A DNA stretch of 64,000 bases from Chlamydiia bacterium (GTDB lineage Bacteria > Chlamydiota > Chlamydiia > Chlamydiales > 2-12-FULL-49-11): positions 102 to 64,101 of the forward strand of contig JAJACQ010000004.1 in NCBI GenBank assembly GCA_022601435.1. Reading direction: 5' to 3'. Positions 1 through 9,253 of the stretch are shown here, piece after piece (within the stretch, counting starts at the first letter, position 1; each line of letters opens with the position of its first letter). The position numbers were made by a program, and so were the translations under genes. A model generated the notes under the pieces. It had not been told where the DNA came from, did no database searches, and saw only the letters and a list, made by a program, of their open reading frames with translations.

Positions 1-75
1 AATAAGTAGGCTCACACCTCTCACGCTCACGTAATTATGAGGTAACTATGGATTTCCATAACAAGTCGTAATCAA
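1..75. repeat. 75-bp direct repeat, copy 1
   Basis: 71/75 identical to 201-275. Contains palindrome TATGGA-TT-TCCATA (47-60) and three CTCAC units. Touches the window edge, so the array may continue upstream. Confidence 0.9.
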
Positions 76-94
76 TGGTTTTCTGTGTTTTTTC

Positions 95-200
95 AAACTA
101 AGGAAGGACCTGCTCCAGCCTGAGCGGGGCGTTGCCCCGCACCCCACCAAAGGGGCATACCCCTTTGGAAACCCAAGTTTGATTTTTGCGTACACGCAAA
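95..200 (-). repeat. Hairpin-cassette intergenic repeat, copy A (inverted orientation)
   Basis: Perfect short hairpins GCGGGGC-GTT-GCCCCGC (124-140), CCAAAGGGG-CATA-CCCCTTTGG (147-168) and TTTGCG-TACA-CGCAAA (185-200). The reverse complement matches the head TTTGCGTGTAyGCAAAAAATCAAnnTTGGGTTTCCAAAGGG of the copy at 15226. Confidence 0.8.
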
Positions 201-275
201 AATAAGCAGGCTCACACCTCTCATGCTCACGTAATTATGAGGTAAGTATGGATTTCCATAACAAGTCATAATCAA
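201..275. repeat. 75-bp direct repeat, copy 2
   Basis: Differs from 1-75 at 4 positions. Same TATGGA-TT-TCCATA palindrome at 247-260. Confidence 0.9.
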
Positions 276-399
276 GGCTAGTTGTTAAGCTGTTTATTGA
301 TTCTAGTAATGTTTATAATGTAAGATGGGTTTTATTTAAATCTCTTCCAGTTTATAATATATTAAGATTTTATTAATAAATATTTAATTAGGAGATGGC

Positions 400-1098
400 G
401 TGCAAGCTGTAAGAGATTATATTGAAGAGAGACAGGTACAAGTTCAAGGTTTACCTATAAATGATGTAAGAGCTACGGTTCAAGAGAACACTTTTTTTCA
501 AAATTTATATGTAGTGGAAAATGCTGTGGGTAGTTTTTTGACAATTCCATTAAGAGGGTATAATGATTATTTCTTTTTTAAGGAGTTAAAGGCAAGGGTT
601 GATGGCAATAGATATTTAGCTGATTTTATCAGAGCATCAAAAGTTATTTTGGATCTTATTGTAACACCTTTTTTAGGTTTTCTTGCTGGTATTGGGATAA
701 TAGTAAATGCAATAGAAATGAAAGTGGTTAATACAAGAGCGAGTGAGTGGGCAGGTGAACAATTTACAAATCTTCAGAATGGCCAAGATGTAGTAGCTAT
801 TAGAGTCTTTAAGAGAGCTATAGATCAACAGGCTCGTAGTCATGAATTTAGGGTTTTAAATACCGGTCCTGAAGACGCTTCTCTTGTAAATCAAAGGATT
901 GAGCAATCAAGAGAGAGGGTTGAGGAATTTATTGATGATTATACAAAGCAGGGAAGGCTTATTTCTCGTATTTCTATTGAAAGTGATAATACTGAGATGA
1001 CCGGCTCTCAAACTTTCGGGCTGCAGTTGCATGTGTTTTCGAAAGTATTAGAATCTGAGGATATGAAAAGAGTTGGAAGGCTAGAGCTCTTAATTTAA
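400..1098 (+). CDS. Hypothetical protein with one hydrophobic segment
   Basis: 232-aa ORF. GTG start 5 nt after AGGAG (390-394). Hydrophobic stretch LIVTPFLGFLAGIGIIVNAI. Followed by a strong terminator. No family recognised. Confidence 0.6.
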   Translation: MQAVRDYIEERQVQVQGLPINDVRATVQENTFFQNLYVVENAVGSFLTIPLRGYNDYFFFKELKARVDGNRYLADFIRASKVILDLIVTPFLGFLAGIGIIVNAIEMKVVNTRASEWAGEQFTNLQNGQDVVAIRVFKRAIDQQARSHEFRVLNTGPEDASLVNQRIEQSRERVEEFIDDYTKQGRLISRISIESDNTEMTGSQTFGLQLHVFSKVLESEDMKRVGRLELLI

Positions 1099-1115
1099 CT
1101 AATTTTAAAAAGCAT

Positions 1116-1150
1116 TAAAAAACCTCACAGTATTACTTGTGAGGTTTTTT
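1116..1150. terminator. Bidirectional rho-independent terminator
   Basis: 9-bp stem AACCTCACA/TGTGAGGTT (1121-1129 and 1138-1146) with an A-run before and a T-run after. Lies between convergent genes. Confidence 0.7.
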
Positions 1151-1153
1151 ATT

Positions 1154-1231
1154 TTGTGCAGTTATGCAGAAAATCAATCATAGGATTCCAAAGGGGATTG
1201 CCCCTTTGGCGCGGGCCTTGTAGGTCGCTTC
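1154..1231 (+). repeat. Hairpin-cassette intergenic repeat, copy B
   Basis: Head TGCAGTTATGCAGAAAATCAATCATAGGATTCC, then perfect hairpin CCAAAGGGG-ATTG-CCCCTTTGG (1188-1209), then a GC-rich tail ending directly at the pnp stop codon (1232-1234). Confidence 0.75.
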
Positions 1232-3364
1232 CTAGCTTGGCGCTTCTTCGGTTTCCTTTACAGGCTTTGGCATTAATACCTTACGAGAAAGCTTGATCTT
1301 TCCGTGAGGATTAATATCAAGAACCTTCACTTCAACAACATCGCCTTTTTTAAGGTGATCTTCGACATTGCTTACTCTTTCGTGAGCGATTTCAGAAATA
1401 TGACATAAGCCATCTTTGTTCCCAGGAAGTGTGATGAAAGCTCCGAAGTCTACAATGCTTGCCACTGTGCCATTGTATGTTTTACCAATCTCTAACTCTG
1501 CAACAAGATTTAAGATAATGTCTTTTGCCTTTTTAAGACTTGGGCCATCACTTGAGATGATCTTTACTACACCGTCATCATTGATATCGACTTCACATCC
1601 AGTTTCTTCGATAATTGATCTAATCATCTTACCGCCTGGTCCGACGATTGTACCAATCTTACTTTGTTTCACTTGAATAGACTCAATACGAGGAACTAGA
1701 TCTGATAATTCTTCTCGAGAGCTTGGCAGTGCTTTATCCATTTGGTCTAGAATATGAATTCTGCCTTCTTTTGCTTGGATAAGCGCGGCTTTCATGATGT
1801 CTTTATTGATACCTTCAATTTTGATATCCATCTGGAAAGCTGTAATTCCGTTTCTATCACCAGTGATCTTAAAGTCCATATCTCCTAGGAAATCTTCAAG
1901 TCCTAGAATGTCTGATAAGATCATATACTTATCTCCTTCTAAGATAAGTCCCATGGCAATTCCTGAAACCGATGTTTTTACAGGAACTCCTGCATCCATC
2001 ATCGCAAGGCAACCCCCACAAACTGATGCCATAGAAGATGAACCATTTGATTCAGTGATGTTACTTTCTAAACGAATTGTGTAAGGGAAGGTTTCCTCAT
2101 CAGGCATGATTGCTGACAAAGCTCGCTCTGCAAGCTTTCCATGTCCAACTTCACGTCTTCCAGGAGGGCCAACTCTTCCGCATTCTCCAACAGAAAACGG
2201 TGGGAATGAGTATTGTAGATAGAATCTATGAGTGAAGTCACCTTCTAAAGTTTCATAACGTTGACCCATAGAATCGCCACCTAAAGTACAAACAGCAATT
2301 GCTTGAGTTTCTCCGCGTGTAAATAATGCGTCACCATGAGTTCGTGGAAGAAGATTTGTCTCGATTGCAATAGGGCGGATCTCATTAGGATTTCTTCCGT
2401 CACTTCTTTTCTTCTCACGCAAGATCTTATTTCTTAAAACTTTTGCGAAAAGTTTCTTAGTTGTGATCTTCATTTCTAAAGGTGTACACTGAGGTTCATC
2501 ACCTTCAGAATACTTTGCTTTGATTTCATCTTCGATTGCTTTTTGAGCAATTTCACGCTCAGCTTTTTCTTTGATCTCAAATACAGTCTCTAGTTGAGAT
2601 GTATAAGTCTTTTCGAGTTCTTCAGCAACAGCTTGAGGAGGTACAGTTAATTCAGCTTCAAACTTTTCTTTCCCATCAACATTTGCCCAATCAGAAAGCT
2701 TTACACATATTTCCTTAATAGCCTCATGTCCTGCATCGATTGCTTCGATAACCTGTTCCTCTGTAAGGAAATCACAGAAACCTTCAATCATTAAGATAGC
2801 ATCTTCTGTTCCTGCTAAGATAAGATCTAGCTTAGATTCTTTCATTTGCGCAACTGATGGGTTTATAATAAACTCACCATCAATCATTGCGACTCTAACT
2901 CCAGCCAACGGTTTAGGGAATGGAATGTCAGACATCACAAGGGCTGCACTTGCTGCCGTAATTGCTAGTGGTTCTGGTGGGTGATTTTCATCATATGATA
3001 GAACGTATGTTAAAAGTTGTACTTCATTGAAGTAACCAGCTGGGAACATTGGTCTAATTGGTCTGTCAATTAAACGACATACTAGCGTCTGAGATTCAGT
3101 AGGTCTTCCTTCACGTTTAATAAAGCCACCTAATGTCTTTCCCGCAGAAGAAAATTTTTCTTGATAGTCAACTCGCATTGGAAGGAAATCACAATCAGGA
3201 TTGGCTGTTTTATTTCCACATGCCGATGCTAGTATGATTGTATCTCCACACTGAAGAATGATTGCTCCATTTGCTTGACGGGCAATCTTTCCAGTTTTGA
3301 AAATGATTTCTTTGCCTTGAATTTGAACGCTTGTTGTTTTTTCTTCCATTGAGAAGGTCTCCAT
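1232..3364 (-). CDS. pnp: Polyribonucleotide nucleotidyltransferase (PNPase)
   Basis: 710 aa with two RNase PH-like halves, then KH ([10 protein letters not shown]) and S1 ([13 protein letters not shown]) domains. rpsO lies immediately upstream on the same strand. Confidence 0.95.
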   Translation of the reverse strand: METFSMEEKTTSVQIQGKEIIFKTGKIARQANGAIILQCGDTIILASACGNKTANPDCDFLPMRVDYQEKFSSAGKTLGGFIKREGRPTESQTLVCRLIDRPIRPMFPAGYFNEVQLLTYVLSYDENHPPEPLAITAASAALVMSDIPFPKPLAGVRVAMIDGEFIINPSVAQMKESKLDLILAGTEDAILMIEGFCDFLTEEQVIEAIDAGHEAIKEICVKLSDWANVDGKEKFEAELTVPPQAVAEELEKTYTSQLETVFEIKEKAEREIAQKAIEDEIKAKYSEGDEPQCTPLEMKITTKKLFAKVLRNKILREKKRSDGRNPNEIRPIAIETNLLPRTHGDALFTRGETQAIAVCTLGGDSMGQRYETLEGDFTHRFYLQYSFPPFSVGECGRVGPPGRREVGHGKLAERALSAIMPDEETFPYTIRLESNITESNGSSSMASVCGGCLAMMDAGVPVKTSVSGIAMGLILEGDKYMILSDILGLEDFLGDMDFKITGDRNGITAFQMDIKIEGINKDIMKAALIQAKEGRIHILDQMDKALPSSREELSDLVPRIESIQVKQSKIGTIVGPGGKMIRSIIEETGCEVDINDDGVVKIISSDGPSLKKAKDIILNLVAELEIGKTYNGTVASIVDFGAFITLPGNKDGLCHISEIAHERVSNVEDHLKKGDVVEVKVLDINPHGKIKLSRKVLMPKPVKETEEAPS

Positions 3365-3414
3365 TTGTGACGTGTGTCGTTATGTTCTGATTTGGTCTTA
3401 TCTATTTAAAGAAA

Positions 3415-3684
3415 TTACTTGCGAAGACCTAATTTTTTGATTAATTGCTGGTATCTTGGAGTATCTGTAGAGTTTAGATAAGCTAGAAGACGTCTTCTTT
3501 GGCCAACATGCTTTAATAAAGAAAGTCTTGTTTGGTTATCATGTGGGAATTCTTTTAAATGCTCTTCTAACTCGCTAATTCTTTCAGTTAAAATTGCAAT
3601 TTGAACATCTGCTGATCCAGTATCTTTTTCATGTAGCTGGTATTTTTTTGTGATTTCATCTTTTGTACTTTTGTCTAAGGACAT
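3415..3684 (-). CDS. rpsO: 30S ribosomal protein S15
   Basis: 89 aa. Typical S15 sequence ([14 protein letters not shown]...[12 protein letters not shown]...RRRLLAYL). Classic rpsO-pnp pair. Confidence 0.95.
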   Translation of the reverse strand: MSLDKSTKDEITKKYQLHEKDTGSADVQIAILTERISELEEHLKEFPHDNQTRLSLLKHVGQRRRLLAYLNSTDTPRYQQLIKKLGLRK

Positions 3685-3773
3685 GCTTTTCTCCTATTCA
3701 TTAAAAAATTATTGTCACCATTTTATCATCTTTTGTATTATAAGAGCAATGGATTTTACACCAATCTTAAAAG

Positions 3774-4271
3774 ATGATGAATCAAAAATTTAATTCGACA
3801 GATTTTAAAGCAATGAATATTGCGTTTAAAGAAGCATTGAAGGCATTCGATGAAAACGAAGTGCCTGTAGGTGCTGCGCTCTTTTTAAATGATAAACTAA
3901 TTGCCAAAGCGCATAATGAAGTTTTTGTTACAAATGACCCAACTATGCATGCAGAAATAATTTGTTTAAAAAGAGCAGCAAAAATTTTAGGTGACTATCG
4001 TTTAAAAGATGCCGTGTTATATATAACTTTAGAACCTTGTTCTATGTGTGCAGGTGCAATTCATAATTTTAGAGTTAATAAAGTTATATATGGCGCAAAA
4101 GATTTAAGAGTTGGTGCAGCAGGAACATTATATGATTTGTTTGATGGCAAGCATCCAATACATAAAGTAAAAATTGAAGGCGGATTGATGGAAAAAGAAT
4201 CATCTGATCTACTAAGAAAATTTTTTAAAGACAAAAGGGAAGAAAAATGCATGAATTGTTCAATGAGTTAA
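3774..4271 (+). CDS. tadA: tRNA-specific adenosine deaminase
   Basis: CMP/dCMP-type zinc deaminase motifs HAE (TMHAEIICL) and PCxxC (LEPCSMCAGAI). Size is typical of TadA. Confidence 0.85.
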   Translation: MMNQKFNSTDFKAMNIAFKEALKAFDENEVPVGAALFLNDKLIAKAHNEVFVTNDPTMHAEIICLKRAAKILGDYRLKDAVLYITLEPCSMCAGAIHNFRVNKVIYGAKDLRVGAAGTLYDLFDGKHPIHKVKIEGGLMEKESSDLLRKFFKDKREEKCMNCSMS

Positions 4272-4453
4272 TCAGTCATCAAACTAAAAAGTTATTAGAG
4301 CTTGCGCAAGAAATTGAACCAGGTGTTACAGAAGAAGATATACTGCAGCCTTTTGATTTTCCAAAGCTCGAAATGAGTCCCTATTTTAGATACGAAGAAG
4401 GGATTTTACATGGCTTGCTATCTGCAAAAGCTGCTATGCTTTCTAAAGTCTAA
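4247..4453 (+). CDS. Small hypothetical protein
   Basis: 68-aa ORF whose ATG overlaps the tadA 3' end by 25 nt (possible translational coupling). No family recognised. Confidence 0.4.
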   Translation: MHELFNELISHQTKKLLELAQEIEPGVTEEDILQPFDFPKLEMSPYFRYEEGILHGLLSAKAAMLSKV

Positions 4454-4456
4454 GAC

Positions 4457-5446
4457 TTAATTGGCAGTTTTACGGCTTTTTTTAGAATAACGATACAGGC
4501 GGAATCTTTCATAGAGAGTTAAAGATTTCTTACCTTCTTTAGAGATTTTTTCTAAACAAGCGTTGATAAAAGATTCTTCGCTTAAAACAGCTTTTCCTGT
4601 TTTAATGTCATAGATTCTTGTAGACCCTGTATATTTATCAAGTTTAGTCGTTTTATAAAATGATCCAATACGCCCTCTGGAAAGATGGATTATAAAGCGA
4701 TCAAAACCATTCATAAATGCATAAGGACTTTCTATCTTCCAGAAAAGTAACATGTATAGGTAAGCAACAAATATTGAACCAAGTGTTGCAAAGAAATAGA
4801 CATAATCTTGAGCAGATATGCTCATCAGCATCATCATTCCAATAAGGCATGGAACTAAAACTTTTCCTTTAATAGGGGATGAGATAAATAGCATAAAATC
4901 AATTTTAGGAAATAGGAAAATAGTCGCAACAAGTAGACAGTATAATGTACTTGATGGGCCGGCATAGTAATAAGGAGTTTTAAAATAAGCTATTGTGGCA
5001 AATGCCGCAAGTCCAGAAAAAATACCGCAGGTAAGGAAAAATTGTATAAACTTTTTTTCACCCTTTTGATGGACGATTACAGATCCCATTCTCTGAAGGA
5101 TCATGATGCTAAAAAAAAGATTAATCAGATAAAAAATATGAATACCTGTATAAGCAGGGTAAACAAAAATATGTGTTATAAATTGCCAAAGCTTAAAGCT
5201 TGAAATAGTGTTTAATTGTATAGAGAATAATTCAATAAGATTTGGTAATTTAACAAGTGAAGGAAAAATTTTATTAACAGTGCCAGAGAGTAAACTAAGA
5301 GCAACTATTAGAATTGTCATAAATTTAATTGATTTTGGCAGTTTCATGATTTGTCCTTCAAATTTAAAAACAATTGTAACATATCTGTAAAAAGAAGACA
5401 ACTTTTCCTTGTATTTTAGTCGTAGGATAGATATCCTTATGTCCAC
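4457..5446 (-). CDS. Rhomboid-like polytopic membrane protein (catalytic His not evident)
   Basis: Rhomboid TM2 signature WQFITHIFVY...HIFYLINL and Ser-motif region AGPSSTLY, with 6-7 hydrophobic helices. A more likely start is MKLPKS at 5347. A basic ~90-aa C-terminal tail follows. Confidence 0.55.
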   Translation of the reverse strand: MDIRISILRLKYKEKLSSFYRYVTIVFKFEGQIMKLPKSIKFMTILIVALSLLSGTVNKIFPSLVKLPNLIELFSIQLNTISSFKLWQFITHIFVYPAYTGIHIFYLINLFFSIMILQRMGSVIVHQKGEKKFIQFFLTCGIFSGLAAFATIAYFKTPYYYAGPSSTLYCLLVATIFLFPKIDFMLFISSPIKGKVLVPCLIGMMMLMSISAQDYVYFFATLGSIFVAYLYMLLFWKIESPYAFMNGFDRFIIHLSRGRIGSFYKTTKLDKYTGSTRIYDIKTGKAVLSEESFINACLEKISKEGKKSLTLYERFRLYRYSKKSRKTAN

Positions 5447-5468
5447 TTTTTATGAATGAGGAGAAATT

Positions 5469-5810
5469 ATGAAAGAGAATAGCCACCCAGAATATCGTGA
5501 TGTTTGCTTTGTAGATATGAGTTCAGGTAAGAAATATATCTGCGGAAGTGCAGTAGAGACATCTCAAACAGTAGAGCATGAAGGAAAAACTTACCCTAGT
5601 GTAAATGTTTCTATTTCTTCTTCATCGCATCCATTTTTCACAGGTGATTCTACATTTGTTGATACTGAAGGACGTGTTGATAAGTTTAAGAAGAGATATG
5701 CAGCAAAAGCACCTTCTAAACCTGTAGCTAAAGAGGCTAAGGATGAAAAGAAAGAAGAGAAAAAGCCTTCTGTTAAAAAGACTGCTGTAAAAAAAGCTCC
5801 TAAGAAGTAA
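5469..5810 (+). CDS. rpmE: 50S ribosomal protein L31 (type B) with Lys-rich C-terminal tail
   Basis: N-terminus [16 protein letters not shown]...SSSHPFFTG is L31 type-B-like (no CxxC pair). Located upstream of prfA. Confidence 0.85.
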   Translation: MKENSHPEYRDVCFVDMSSGKKYICGSAVETSQTVEHEGKTYPSVNVSISSSSHPFFTGDSTFVDTEGRVDKFKKRYAAKAPSKPVAKEAKDEKKEEKKPSVKKTAVKKAPKK

Positions 5811-5843
5811 TAGCCGAAAAGTTTTAGATTCAGAGGCTAAAGA

Positions 5844-6923
5844 ATGAAGACAAAAGTTGAAGGAATGCTTTCAAAGCTTTCCGAAGTTGAAGAGAAGATG
5901 GGCGATCCTGATATTGTATCAGATCAAAAAGCTTATCAAGAGCTGGCCTCTGAGCACAAATACTTAAGTAAGTTAAAAGAAAAGTGGGATCGATTAAGCT
6001 CAGTTGAGTCTTCGATTGCTGATGATCAGGATTTTTTACGAACTGAAGAAGATGCAGAGATGCGTGCTGAGATCGAGCAAGAAGTAGAGGCTTTAAAAGC
6101 AGAAAAAGAGACTTTATTAAAAGAGATCGAAGTCGCTGTAATTCCTCCAGATCCAGATGATAATAAAAACACTATCGTTGAGATACGTGCAGGTACCGGT
6201 GGTGATGAAGCTGCAATTTTTGTTGGTGATTGTGTACGCATGTATCGTCAATATGCAAGCTCGAAAGACTGGAGTTTTGAGCCTTTAAGTTTTACTGAGT
6301 CAGAAGCAGGTGGTTTTAAAGAATATCAGTTTGCGCTATCTGGTGAGGGTGTTTATCGCTTTATGAAGTATGAAGGCGGAACTCATAGAGTGCAGAGAGT
6401 TCCAAAGACTGAAACGCAAGGGCGTGTTCATACATCAGCTATTACTATTGCAGTGTTGATTGAGCCAGATGAAGATGAAGAAGTGCACATTGAAGATAAA
6501 GATCTTCGTGTGGATACGTATAGAGCTTCTGGGGCAGGCGGTCAGCATGTAAATACAACAGATTCTGCTGTTAGAGTTACTCATATACCAACAGGTCTTG
6601 TTTCATATTGCTCTGAGGAAAGATCTCAGATCAAGAATAGAGCAAAGGCGATGCGGTTATTAAGAGCTAAGATTGCCGATCAGCAAAGAATAGAAAAAGA
6701 AAAAGAGATAGCTTCTGCAAGGGCTTCTCAAGTTGGTTCAGGGGATCGCTCTGAAAGAATTCGTACATATAACTTTCCACAGAATAGATTAAGTGATCAC
6801 CGCATTGATTTGACTTTGTTTTCTTTGAGTGAGGTGATGGAAGGTGATTTAGATCAAGTGATTGGGCCTTTAGTTGCTTATTACTATCAAAAGAGATTAG
6901 AGTTCGATGAAAGCGCTTCTTAA
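5844..6923 (+). CDS. prfA: Peptide chain release factor 1
   Basis: GGQ motif (SGAGGQHVNTTDSAVR), P-x-T tripeptide region (VPKTETQGR), 359 aa. prmC lies downstream. Confidence 0.93.
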   Translation: MKTKVEGMLSKLSEVEEKMGDPDIVSDQKAYQELASEHKYLSKLKEKWDRLSSVESSIADDQDFLRTEEDAEMRAEIEQEVEALKAEKETLLKEIEVAVIPPDPDDNKNTIVEIRAGTGGDEAAIFVGDCVRMYRQYASSKDWSFEPLSFTESEAGGFKEYQFALSGEGVYRFMKYEGGTHRVQRVPKTETQGRVHTSAITIAVLIEPDEDEEVHIEDKDLRVDTYRASGAGGQHVNTTDSAVRVTHIPTGLVSYCSEERSQIKNRAKAMRLLRAKIADQQRIEKEKEIASARASQVGSGDRSERIRTYNFPQNRLSDHRIDLTLFSLSEVMEGDLDQVIGPLVAYYYQKRLEFDESAS

Positions 6924-7566
6924 AAATGATAACAGGCCTAAAGCTTATATTGATGGAAGTGTTGAGTTCTATGATTTAACGTTAAAAGTTGATGAGCGTT
7001 GTTTGATTCCTCGTTTAGAGAGTGAGTTGTTAGTTGAAAGAGTTTTAAAAAGATTGCCTAAGAATGGTAAGGTTTTAGATCTTTGTTGCGGTAGCGGGGC
7101 TTTAGGGTTGGCTATTAAGTCGCAAAGACTTGATTTAGAGGTTGTATTAGTTGATATTTCTAAGGGTGCTTTAGAGGTGGCTAGGCAAAATGCTAAGAAT
7201 AATGATCTTTTGGTAGAGTTTGTTTTGGGAGATTTCTTAGAGGCGATCAAGGGGCAAGTTTTTGATGTGATTATTTGCAATCCACCTTATGTGACCCAAG
7301 TTGAGTATGAGGAATTAGAAGATAGTGTAAAAGGGTTTGAGCCGAAGCTTGCTTTAGTTGGTGGTGTTGATGGTTTATGTTTCTATAAAAAGCTTTCAGC
7401 GGGTTTGAAGGATTGTTTATCAGAAAACGGGCTAGTTGCTTTGGAGATTGGGAAAGATCAAGGAGAAGCTATTAAAAAGTTATTTGGCGGTGGTTTAGTT
7501 GAGAAGGATTATTCAGGGCACGACCGTTTCTTTTTTAAAGAGTATAAGAGGGTGATAAATGTTTAG
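6907..7566 (+). CDS. prmC: Release-factor glutamine N5-methyltransferase, short form
   Basis: SAM motif VLDLCCGSGALG and catalytic NPPY (ICNPPYV). Overlaps the prfA end by 17 nt. Only 219 aa. Confidence 0.85.
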   Translation: MKALLKNDNRPKAYIDGSVEFYDLTLKVDERCLIPRLESELLVERVLKRLPKNGKVLDLCCGSGALGLAIKSQRLDLEVVLVDISKGALEVARQNAKNNDLLVEFVLGDFLEAIKGQVFDVIICNPPYVTQVEYEELEDSVKGFEPKLALVGGVDGLCFYKKLSAGLKDCLSENGLVALEIGKDQGEAIKKLFGGGLVEKDYSGHDRFFFKEYKRVINV

Positions 7567-8899
7567 TGGTTTAACAGAAAAGTTTCATGGGATTTTTGCA
7601 AAGTTTTCTAAAGGAAAGACTTTTACAGAAGAAAATATTAAAGAAGCAGTAAAAGATGTTCGTCTGGCCTTGCTTGATGCTGATGTAAATTTTAAGATTG
7701 CTTCTTCGTTAGTTAAGAAGATCAAAGAAAAGGTTATTGGAACAGAATCAGATAGAAAGATCAAGACAAGTGATGCATTTATAGATATCGTACATCAGGA
7801 ATTGATTGATCTAATGGGAAAGGATGAGAGTCTGATTAACTTTAAAAAGGCTCCTACAAAGATAATGCTGTGTGGTTTGCAGGGGTCTGGAAAGACAACA
7901 ACTTGCGCAAAGCTGGCTCTTTTTTGTAAGGAAGAGTTTAAAAAGTCTTCAACCATGGTGGCTTTGGATCTTAAGAGGCCGGCGGCAATCAAACAACTTC
8001 AGATATTAGGTGAGCAGGTAGGAGCAGAGGTTTTTACTCAAGAAGGTGAGATGGATCCTTGTAAAGTTGCAAAAAGTGCGTTAAGTATTAAGAGTGATGT
8101 GATTATTTATGATACGGCAGGGCGGCAGACGTTAGATGATGAGTTGATGGATGAACTTTTATCTTTAAAAAAGGTGTTAAAACCTGATTACATTGTATTT
8201 GTGGCAAATTGTGGAACGGGTCAGATGGCGGTAAATGTAGCAAAGGCATTTGATGAAAAAATTGATTTATCTGGTTCTATTTTGACTATGTTGGATGGGT
8301 CTGCAAGAGCAGGTGCTGCGATATCGATTAGAGAAGTGACAAAAAAACCTCTTTATTTTGAAGGTGTAGGCGAAAAGATTTCTGATTTTCAAGTGTTTAA
8401 TCCAAAATCTATGGCAGATCGCATTCTTGGTATGGGAGATGTGATTAATCTTGTTAAGAAAATGAAGAGGGAGATATCCGAAGAAGAGTCTGAGGAGATG
8501 GAAAAAAAGCTATTAAAGGCGAGCTTTACGTACGATGATCTATTAAAGCAGATGAAAATGATGAAGAAGATGGGTTCGTTAAAAGGTCTTTTTAAAATGA
8601 TGCCTCAGGCAGATGGAATGGATGTTGATCTTTCAGAAGGTGAGTCTCAGATGAAAATTTCTGAGGCAATTATCTATTCTATGACTCCAAATGAGCGGCT
8701 TGGTATAAATGATTTGACTATGAATCGAAAAAAAAGAGTGGCTAAAGGGGCTGGTGTTTTGCTTGGCGATGTCAATAAATTAGTTAAAAAATTCAAGCAA
8801 ATGAAGCAGATGGCTAAGGATTTACCTAAGATGCAAAAGAATATTTCATCGATGAAACCTCAAAAAAATCCTTTTACTAAAAAGAATCCATATTTTTAA
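7559..8899 (+). CDS. ffh: Signal recognition particle protein Ffh
   Basis: NG domain with GLQGSGKTT and DTAGR motifs, and a Met-rich M domain (MKMMKKMGSLKGLFKMMP). Confidence 0.95.
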   Translation: MFSGLTEKFHGIFAKFSKGKTFTEENIKEAVKDVRLALLDADVNFKIASSLVKKIKEKVIGTESDRKIKTSDAFIDIVHQELIDLMGKDESLINFKKAPTKIMLCGLQGSGKTTTCAKLALFCKEEFKKSSTMVALDLKRPAAIKQLQILGEQVGAEVFTQEGEMDPCKVAKSALSIKSDVIIYDTAGRQTLDDELMDELLSLKKVLKPDYIVFVANCGTGQMAVNVAKAFDEKIDLSGSILTMLDGSARAGAAISIREVTKKPLYFEGVGEKISDFQVFNPKSMADRILGMGDVINLVKKMKREISEEESEEMEKKLLKASFTYDDLLKQMKMMKKMGSLKGLFKMMPQADGMDVDLSEGESQMKISEAIIYSMTPNERLGINDLTMNRKKRVAKGAGVLLGDVNKLVKKFKQMKQMAKDLPKMQKNISSMKPQKNPFTKKNPYF

Positions 8900-8963
8900 T
8901 CGTGTTTTTTCCTCTTATGTGTTACACTAGCCGTCAAGATTTTTGAAAAAAGGAGTTTTACAT

Positions 8964-9236
8964 ATGGCTTTAAGTATGAGAATGCGTCAGCAAGGACGTA
9001 AAAACAAGAGAATGTTCCGCTTTGTAGTGGCAGATTCAAGATCACCAAGAGATGGAAAGTACCTTGATTGTGTTGGTCATTACAATCCACATATAGAAGA
9101 TGGAATGGTTGTTGATAAAGAAAAAATTGAAAAATGGCTTAAAGAAGGCGTGCAGCCTACTGAAAAGATGCTTTCTGTGATTAAAAGAAAGTGCCCAGAA
9201 GTTTTAGGAGCAGCTAAAAAGCTTGCAAAAGCATAG
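8964..9236 (+). CDS. rpsP: 30S ribosomal protein S16
   Basis: FRFVVADSRSPRDGKY is the S16 core. ATG at 8964 lies 8 nt after AAGGAG (8950-8955). The track's TTG at 8943 is probably not the start. Confidence 0.9.
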   Translation: MALSMRMRQQGRKNKRMFRFVVADSRSPRDGKYLDCVGHYNPHIEDGMVVDKEKIEKWLKEGVQPTEKMLSVIKRKCPEVLGAAKKLAKA

Positions 9237-9253
9237 GGTTTAAATAAATTAGT

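Noticed and set aside
100-125. AAGGAAGGACCTGCTCC resembling the SRP (4.5S) RNA conserved domain
   Set aside because: Only a short partial resemblance to GGTCCGGAAGGAAGCAGCC. The surrounding structure is the dispersed hairpin-cassette repeat, not an SRP RNA helix 8 fold.
93-275. 60-aa minus-strand ORF (…FQRGMPLWWGAGQRPAQAGAGPSLV)
   Set aside because: It is the conceptual translation of the hairpin-cassette repeat plus the 75-bp direct repeat. It has no RBS, and the same pseudo-peptide arises wherever the repeat occurs.
1-275. Possible CRISPR array (repeat-spacer-repeat)
   Set aside because: There are only two repeat copies, each 75 bp long and not identical. The spacer is itself a member of a dispersed repeat family. 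No cas genes are in the window.
1416-2084. Plus-strand ORFs 1416-1676 and 1794-2084
   Set aside because: They are antisense to the unambiguous pnp gene and have low-complexity Ser/Pro/Ile-rich translations typical of shadow ORFs.
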